Positions 58,082-64,000 of a stretch of DNA of 64,000 bases are shown here, piece after piece. The notes under the pieces are model-generated. The model saw nothing but the letters and a program-made list of their open reading frames with translations. It did not search any database and was not told the DNA's origin. Made by a program: the position numbers and the translations under genes. Origin of the DNA: an uncultured Gammaproteobacteria bacterium (GTDB taxonomy: Bacteria > Pseudomonadota > Gammaproteobacteria > UBA9214). The stretch covers positions 32,001-96,000 of the forward strand of contig CAVVHS010000009.1 in the NCBI GenBank assembly GCA_963748215.1, given 5' to 3'. Each line of letters opens with the position of its first letter. Position 1 is the stretch's first letter.

Positions 58082-58891
58082 ATGGCACTTTCCGTCAATA
58101 CCAACGTCATGTCGCTGTCTGCGCAGCGCAACCTGTCGCGCACCCAGACCGGTCTGGCGACTTCTATCGAACGGCTGTCCTCCGGTCTGCGTGTCAACAG
58201 CGCCAAGGATGACGCTGCCGGTCTGGCTATTGCCACCCGTATCGATGCCCAGGTGCGTGGCCTGAACGTGGCCGTGCGCAACGCAGGTGATGCGATTTCC
58301 CTGGCCCAGACGGCTGAAGGCGGTCTTAGCGAAATCACCAACATGCTGCAGCGCATGCGTGAGCTGTCAGTGCAGTCGGCCAACTCCACCAACAGCACGA
58401 GTGACCGCGCCAATCTGGATGCTGAATACCAGGCGCTGAACACGGAAATCACCCGCCAGGTCGGTGCGACCAGCTTCAACGGTATCGCCATCATCGGTAC
58501 CGGTGCCGGTGCCCAGGACTTCCAGGTTGGCGCCAATGCCAATGAGACCATCACGGTGACCACGGCTGACATGTCTGCGGCCGCTGCCGGTGGTGACATC
58601 ACGACTGCCGCCAATGCCACTACGGCGCTTGGTGCGATCGACACGGCGATGGACCTGGTGACCACCAACCGCGCGTTGTACGGTGCGACCCAGAACCGCT
58701 TCCAGTCGGTTATCAATAACCTGCAGGTGGCAGCCGAGAACCAGTCCGCGGCGAAGAGCCGCATCATGGACGCCGATTTTGCGATGGAAACGGCGAACCT
58801 GACGCGACTGCAGATTCTGCAGCAGGCCGGTACGGCGATGGTGGCCCAGGCCAACCAGGTGCCGCAGACAGTTCTCTCGCTGTTGCAGTAA
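58082..58891 (+). CDS. fliC: flagellin (269 aa)
   Basis: MALSVNTN, RLSSGLRVNSAKDDAAG and SRIMDADFA motifs. Confidence 0.97.
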   Translation: MALSVNTNVMSLSAQRNLSRTQTGLATSIERLSSGLRVNSAKDDAAGLAIATRIDAQVRGLNVAVRNAGDAISLAQTAEGGLSEITNMLQRMRELSVQSANSTNSTSDRANLDAEYQALNTEITRQVGATSFNGIAIIGTGAGAQDFQVGANANETITVTTADMSAAAAGGDITTAANATTALGAIDTAMDLVTTNRALYGATQNRFQSVINNLQVAAENQSAAKSRIMDADFAMETANLTRLQILQQAGTAMVAQANQVPQTVLSLLQ

Positions 58892-58900
58892 CGGGGTTAA

Positions 58901-58942
58901 GGGAGCTGCCGGGAAGGGACGCCCGGCAGCCCCCACCTTTTT
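58901..58942 (+). terminator. intrinsic terminator after fliC
   Basis: GCTGCCGGG/CCCGGCAGC stem followed by a T-run. Confidence 0.7.
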
Positions 58943-58949
58943 ATAGCAG

Positions 58950-59336
58950 GTGATTGATATGAATGATCCTATTTCACGGCTGATGCCGCATGTAGACACA
59001 GGTGTTGCTTCCCGTTCATTCAATGCCCCCCTGCAACCGGTACAGATAACTGCCGTCAGCAAGACGGAAGGCAACGGCACCCGGGAGGCGGGCGCGGACA
59101 ACGATGGCAAGTTGCAGGAGCGGCTTGCGAAAGTGGCCGAGCACCTGAACGGCCGCATGCAGGAGTTGCAGCGCAGCCTGCGATTCAGCGTGGACGATGA
59201 CAGCGGGCGCGTCGTCGTAAAGGTTATGGATAAAAACACGGACGAGGTGATCAGGCAGATACCGTCCGAGCAAATGCTCGCCATGATGAAACACATCAAT
59301 GATGTCGATGGCCTGATTTTCGATGACAGGGCCTGA
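58950..59336 (+). CDS. flaG: flagellar protein FlaG
   Basis: LRFSVDDDSGRVVVKV.D..T.EVIRQIPSE. Confidence 0.92.
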   Translation: MIDMNDPISRLMPHVDTGVASRSFNAPLQPVQITAVSKTEGNGTREAGADNDGKLQERLAKVAEHLNGRMQELQRSLRFSVDDDSGRVVVKVMDKNTDEVIRQIPSEQMLAMMKHINDVDGLIFDDRA

Positions 59337-59374
59337 CCGCAAGCGCGGCTATACACTTACGTGAGACACGAATC

Positions 59375-60742
59375 ATGTTAACAGCTGCGGGAATCGGTTC
59401 AGGCCTGGATGTCGACTCCATCGTCAGCCAGCTGATGGCGCTCGAGAGGCGGCCGCTGGTTTCCCTGCAAGAAAAGAAAACCGATATCGATGCGCGCATC
59501 AGTGCCTACGGCAACCTGAAGAGCGCACTTTCCACATTCCAGACTACCATGAAAGATCTCAGCACGCCGTCCGCGCTGAAGGTGTTCACGGCGACCTCCG
59601 GCGACGATGGGGTGTTTACCGCCTCTGCGACCAATACGGCCGCCGCCTCGACCTACCAGGTCGAGGTCGTGCGCATGGCAGAGCGGCACAAATTTGCCTC
59701 TGATGAGATGTCTGACACCGCCACCATTGGTGGCAGGCGAAGCAATGATGCATTGCTTATTCAGGTGGGTACTGATCCGGCAGATACCCTGACCGTGGAT
59801 CTGAGTGCCGCAATGACACTCGGTGGAATCAGGGACGCGATCAATGTCGATCCGGCTAACCCGGGTGTCACTGCAAGTATCATTTTCGGCAACAACGGCA
59901 ACCAGAAGCTGGTGCTGACGGCGGACGACAGCGGTGCGGCAAACGCCCTCACGCTCTCCTATTCGGGCAGGGTGAGGGCAAATGATTTCGGCTTTCAGGA
60001 AATCAACAATATTGGCGGCAATACTGCCTTGCTGGATGCAGAAGTCAGTGTGGACGGCTACGCCGTAACGCGTGGAAACAACAGCATCGACGACATTATC
60101 CAGGGCGTGACCCTGGACCTGCATAATGCGGCGCTCGGCACTGCCTTCACGCTGGACATCGAGCGAGATGTCACCGCGGTGGCCGATTCGGTGCAGGCAT
60201 TCGCCGATGCCTACAATGAAATACTGTCCACGATCCAGACCCTGCGCGACGGCGAGCTTGCCACGGACAGTGCGCTGTTCTCGGTCGAACGCGGTTTGCG
60301 TGGCGTGATGAATGCACCGGCCTCGGGTCTGCCGAGCGGCCTGAGCTACCTGGGTGAGATCGGTTTGACCTTTTCCCGGGAAGGCTTGCTCACGGTGGAT
60401 GCGGCCGACGTTGAAAGCGCGCTGACCAACGATTTCAATGCGGTGTCCGAGTTGTTTTCGACAGCCGGCCAGGGTTTCGCCAGCCGGCTGGATACACTGG
60501 TCGATGGCTGGCTTGACATCGATGGCCTGATCAAGGGACGTACCGACGGGCTTGACAGCAGCAAGCGTCTGCTGGATACGCGCGAGGCATCGCTCGAATA
60601 TCGCATGACCCAGATCGAGGCGGGACTTTATGCACAGTTCGCGCAGCTGGATACACTGCTGGGGAGTTTGCAGGTAACCAGTGATTACCTGTCCCAGCAA
60701 TTGCAGATGCTACCGAACTTTAATAATTCCGGTAGCCGTTAA
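59375..60742 (+). CDS. fliD: flagellar filament cap protein
   Basis: GIGSGLD..SIV.QLM..ER N-terminus; QFAQLD C-terminus. Confidence 0.95.
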   Translation: MLTAAGIGSGLDVDSIVSQLMALERRPLVSLQEKKTDIDARISAYGNLKSALSTFQTTMKDLSTPSALKVFTATSGDDGVFTASATNTAAASTYQVEVVRMAERHKFASDEMSDTATIGGRRSNDALLIQVGTDPADTLTVDLSAAMTLGGIRDAINVDPANPGVTASIIFGNNGNQKLVLTADDSGAANALTLSYSGRVRANDFGFQEINNIGGNTALLDAEVSVDGYAVTRGNNSIDDIIQGVTLDLHNAALGTAFTLDIERDVTAVADSVQAFADAYNEILSTIQTLRDGELATDSALFSVERGLRGVMNAPASGLPSGLSYLGEIGLTFSREGLLTVDAADVESALTNDFNAVSELFSTAGQGFASRLDTLVDGWLDIDGLIKGRTDGLDSSKRLLDTREASLEYRMTQIEAGLYAQFAQLDTLLGSLQVTSDYLSQQLQMLPNFNNSGSR

Positions 60743-60764
60743 CCGGGCGCGTGGCGACAGAATC

Positions 60765-60780
60765 TGGCATTGAAAATGCA
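60765..60780 (+). promoter_or_regulatory. candidate sigma-54 promoter of fliS
   Basis: TGGCATTGAAAATGCA (GG-N10-GC). Confidence 0.6.
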
Positions 60781-60873
60781 TATTGCTCCGGTGACCGGTA
60801 CGACCCGGGGTAAGCGGCAAGAATGTACTCTCAGGCAACGAAACTAATCGACAATTCAAGGGAACGAGTCACT

Positions 60874-61308
60874 ATGAAGAATCCGGCAGAGCAGGGCGGT
60901 GTTGGCCAGTATGCGGCGGTTGGTACCCAGACCGGCGTTACCGAGGCGTCGCCACATCGACTGATCCAGATGCTGCTCGACGGAGCGCTGGACAAGATTG
61001 CCAAGGCCAAGGGTGCCATGCGGCGCAAGCAGATTGAAGAAAAGGGCAGCAATATCACCAGTGCCGGTTCCATTGTGCTCGGCCTGCGCAGCAGCCTCGA
61101 TATGGATGCCGGCGGGGAACTGGCGGCCAGTCTGGACAACCTGTATGACTATATGTTCCGCCGCCTGATGGACGCACACGTCAATAACGAAGAGGCGGCG
61201 CTGGACGAGGTTGCTAGCCTGTTGCGAGAAATCAAGCAGGGCTGGGATGCCATTCCCCAGGAAACCATCGGTGGCGGGGAAATGGTCAAATCGATGGTGG
61301 GGACCTGA
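60874..61308 (+). CDS. fliS: flagellin chaperone
   Basis: ASPHRLIQMLLDGA, LDNLYDYM and IKQGW motifs. Confidence 0.95.
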   Translation: MKNPAEQGGVGQYAAVGTQTGVTEASPHRLIQMLLDGALDKIAKAKGAMRRKQIEEKGSNITSAGSIVLGLRSSLDMDAGGELAASLDNLYDYMFRRLMDAHVNNEEAALDEVASLLREIKQGWDAIPQETIGGGEMVKSMVGT

Positions 61309-61322
61309 GCGGGCTGGCGGTC

Positions 61323-61640
61323 ATGAATGCCACCGTGCGGCAACAGCTTGCCGGGTTGCTCGAACTCGCGGAATGCATGCAGGCCCGGGCCGCGGCCAGT
61401 GACTGGGATGAGGTTGCGCGACTCCGGGATCGATTCCAGCAGTGTGTCGAGGCATTGTTTGCGGGACAGGTCAGCCATGAGGAGGCGCTGGCCTTGAGTG
61501 ATGTCGTCGGGCGTGTCAGTGCAATCAACAATGACATCATCTCACTGTGCCGGGACGCGCGCGACGCACAGGGCCGCGATCTGGAAAACCTCAAGCAGGG
61601 CCGCCGCGCAATCAGCAGTTATTCTTCCAACACCGGTTAA
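61323..61640 (+). CDS. fliT: flagellar protein FliT
   Basis: Position after fliS; DWDEV and GRRAISSY patterns. Confidence 0.75.
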   Translation: MNATVRQQLAGLLELAECMQARAAASDWDEVARLRDRFQQCVEALFAGQVSHEEALALSDVVGRVSAINNDIISLCRDARDAQGRDLENLKQGRRAISSYSSNTG

Positions 61641-61655
61641 GACAACACCGGCCGT

Positions 61656-62135
61656 TCAGCGTAGCGGTTCCGGACCGGTTTCGCGGGACCAGACCAGCCA
61701 GCCGATATTCTTGAACTTCGCGATCGACAGCGCGCCGCGTTTCGCGCGGTTGCTGTTTTCAGACCCGGCGATGGCATCGCCGAGTTCCTCGCGCGAGGCC
61801 TCGTAGATCTCGCTTGCCTCGTAGTCTTCGTCCAGGATGACCAGCAACAAGGTGTCCCATTCGCCCTGGGCGTTGATCTGTCCAAGCCGTGCACCGCTCT
61901 TGCTGTCCTGTGACATGACGCGCGACTTGATCTGGACCCGCTGTCCCTCGCGGTTGCCGGTGCCGATGGCGTCGACCCCGGCGGTACCCGGTTCGCAGAG
62001 CGTCAGGCCGAGCAGGCGTGCGGCGTCATGGCGGGCGATCTCGCCGGATACCGGGAGCGCCTGGCCGGTGGAGCGCCGGTATTCGGCCGCGAGGCGACGC
62101 GTTTCGCTGATCAATTTGTCAATTGAATAGACCAA
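61656..62135 (-). CDS. conserved hypothetical protein, possible PD-(D/E)xK-like fold
   Basis: SGEIA, GVDAIG and RVQIKSR patterns; AGG/TTG start. Confidence 0.7.
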   Translation of the reverse strand: MVYSIDKLISETRRLAAEYRRSTGQALPVSGEIARHDAARLLGLTLCEPGTAGVDAIGTGNREGQRVQIKSRVMSQDSKSGARLGQINAQGEWDTLLLVILDEDYEASEIYEASREELGDAIAGSENSNRAKRGALSIAKFKNIGWLVWSRETGPEPLR

Positions 62136-62431
62136 GGAATACCCGCTGACTTAGTGCATTGATGTTGCACGCTTTATTCTACAGTCCGGTGGCAGACCCC
62201 GATCGCCGTGCCGCCTGTATGGCGATGCATCTTACCCTGAAATCCATCGGCTCGTGCCATGCGGGGTGGAATTTTACCGGCTGGCGTCGCCGGCGCGATG
62301 GCCCCGTTCAACCGTGTAGTGTCAGTAAAATGGCTAACAGCCCATCCAAGCCCTTGTTTCGCGAGAGAATAAAATGACGCTCCGGTGGGTTGGCTTTCAT
62401 AACTAATTGTAAAATAACAACTACAAGTTTA

Positions 62432-62447
62432 TGGCACGCAATCTGCA
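62432..62447 (+). promoter_or_regulatory. sigma-54 promoter
   Basis: TGGCACGCAATCTGCA (GG-N10-GC). Confidence 0.75.
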
Positions 62448-62606
62448 TATTTCCTGATCGAAGTTCCGGTGGCCGTTACTGGCCACACGCTGAAAGGATT
62501 TGGCGGCCCGTTCTACCGTAGTGAAAGGCGGTAACAGCGGGTTAGGAAATGATGACGCGACGGGTGCTGTCATGCCGTTGCGGATTCACCAGGACATGGA
62601 GGTCGA

Positions 62607-63626
62607 ATGATGGATGAGCCTGTGCAACAGGTCGCTGAAAATGAACTGATCGCCGAGGACCGGCGCTCGGTCGAGCTGGTGGCGCTGGCACGCCGTGTCG
62701 CCGGTTCTGAAGTGACCGTGATGATCACGGGCGAATCCGGCACGGGCAAGGAAGTGCTTGCCCGTTTCATTCACCGGAACTCCTCCCGCAAGGATGCTCC
62801 CTTTCTCGCCATCAACTGCGCGGCCATTCCCGAGAATATGCTCGAGGCCGTACTGTTCGGTTACGAAAAGGGGGCCTTCACCGGCGCCTACCACGCCCAT
62901 CCCGGCAAGTTCGAACAGGCCCAGGGTGGCACGCTGCTCCTCGATGAAATCTCCGAGATGGATCTCGGCCTGCAGGCAAAACTGCTGCGGGTGTTACAGG
63001 AAAAAGAGGTGGAGCGTCTGGGCGGGCGGGAAACCATCCCGCTCGATGTGCGTGTGCTGGCCGCTACCAACCGGAAACTGCGTGATGCTGTAACACAAGG
63101 CAGTTTCCGGCAGGACCTGTATTACCGTCTCAATGTATTCCCGCTCAACCTGCCGGCACTGCGTGACCGTCCGGGCGACATCCTGCCGCTCGCGCGCAAG
63201 CTGGTACAGCGCTATCAGACCGGGGCAACCGCCCCGGCGTTTGCGCCGGCGGCGGAACGCAAACTGCAGGCCTGGCACTGGCCCGGCAATGTGCGCGAAT
63301 TGGAAAACGTTGTACAGCGTGCATTGATCCTGCGTAGCGGTGATTGCATCGAGGTGGTGGATGTCAGCCTTGACGAGGTCGGACCGGAAATGATTTCCAC
63401 GGGGGCACAGGGATGTGTCGCGGCAACGTCGGAGAAAGTGCTGGAGCAGGACCTGAAGGTGAAGGAGCGGGAGTTGATAATCCGGGCACTGGAAGCCGGC
63501 AACGGCAGCCGCAAGGATGCGGCTGCTCGCCTGGGTATCAGTCCGCGTACGCTCAGGTACAAGATCGCGCGCCTGCGCGATGCCGGGCTGGACGTGGCGT
63601 CGCGGACGGGCATGAGAACAGCCTGA
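62607..63626 (+). CDS. FleR/FlrC-like sigma-54 activator lacking a receiver domain
   Basis: [21 protein letters not shown] and C-terminal ISPRTLRYK; AAA+ domain starts about 12 aa after the Met. Confidence 0.88.
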   Translation: MMDEPVQQVAENELIAEDRRSVELVALARRVAGSEVTVMITGESGTGKEVLARFIHRNSSRKDAPFLAINCAAIPENMLEAVLFGYEKGAFTGAYHAHPGKFEQAQGGTLLLDEISEMDLGLQAKLLRVLQEKEVERLGGRETIPLDVRVLAATNRKLRDAVTQGSFRQDLYYRLNVFPLNLPALRDRPGDILPLARKLVQRYQTGATAPAFAPAAERKLQAWHWPGNVRELENVVQRALILRSGDCIEVVDVSLDEVGPEMISTGAQGCVAATSEKVLEQDLKVKERELIIRALEAGNGSRKDAAARLGISPRTLRYKIARLRDAGLDVASRTGMRTA

Positions 63627-63669
63627 TGTGACGGTAATTGATTTAAATGTGCAAATACGGAGGTGAAGC

Positions 63670-63999
63670 ATGAGCGATATGGGTATCAGCCAGGTGCTGG
63701 ACCAGATGCGCGCCATGTCGGCGCTGGCCCAGCGCGACCCGGTTGCGGAAAGCGGCAATGCAGCGGCAACCGGGCGGCCGGATTTTGCCGGTCTGCTGAA
63801 GGAATCCGTGAACAGTGTCAACGAGACACAGCAGGCTGCAGGCAAACTGCAAGCTGCCTTCGAGGCCGAGGATCCAAACGTCGACGTGGCCCAGGTCATG
63901 GTCGCGATGCAGAAATCGAGCCTGTCGTTCCAGGCGATGGCGACGGTGCGCAACAAGCTGGTCGCGGCATATCAGGAAATCATGAGTATGCCGGTCTAG
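63670..63999 (+). CDS. fliE: flagellar hook-basal body protein
   Basis: VMVAMQKSSLSFQ and VRNKLVAAYQEIMSMPV motifs. Confidence 0.96.
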   Translation: MSDMGISQVLDQMRAMSALAQRDPVAESGNAAATGRPDFAGLLKESVNSVNETQQAAGKLQAAFEAEDPNVDVAQVMVAMQKSSLSFQAMATVRNKLVAAYQEIMSMPV

Positions 64000-64000
64000 A

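Noticed and set aside
1-64000. tRNA or rRNA genes
   Set aside because: None recognised by eye; a tRNAscan-SE/Infernal run would be needed to exclude them

Overview
High-GC bacterial DNA, most likely from a sulfur-oxidising gammaproteobacterium (inferred from a sulfur globule protein, a two-Cys ArsR regulator and Pseudomonas-like flagellar genes). 1-18.8 kb holds housekeeping and accessory genes, including a ppk1 remnant and a CDP-archaeol synthase homolog. 18.9-47.3 kb is a type II secretion/type IV pilus-like locus: sensor kinase, response regulator, GAF-GGDEF-EAL protein, STAS-MshEN-GspE ATPase, GspF, five prepilin-like genes including a giant modular adhesin, HDOD, GGDEF, PilMNOP-like genes and a secretin. 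This locus carries five sigma-28 (FliA)-type promoter motifs and is colonised by roughly 70 GTAG-type REP palindromes, a RAYT, a second Y1 transposase and a BrnT/BrnA module. The most striking observation is that three consecutive minor prepilin genes have REP arrays with an exact 78-bp (26-codon) period, read in the same open frame just upstream of the prepilin cleavage site. The REPs therefore appear to be translated as very long, disposable leader peptides. 47-57.6 kb contains signalling genes, ArsR and sgp. 58-64 kb is a flagellar cluster (fliC, flaG, fliD, fliS, fliT, receiver-less fleR-like gene, fliE). Several 1-bp indels suggest residual sequencing errors. All product calls come from motif recognition only; no database search was run.
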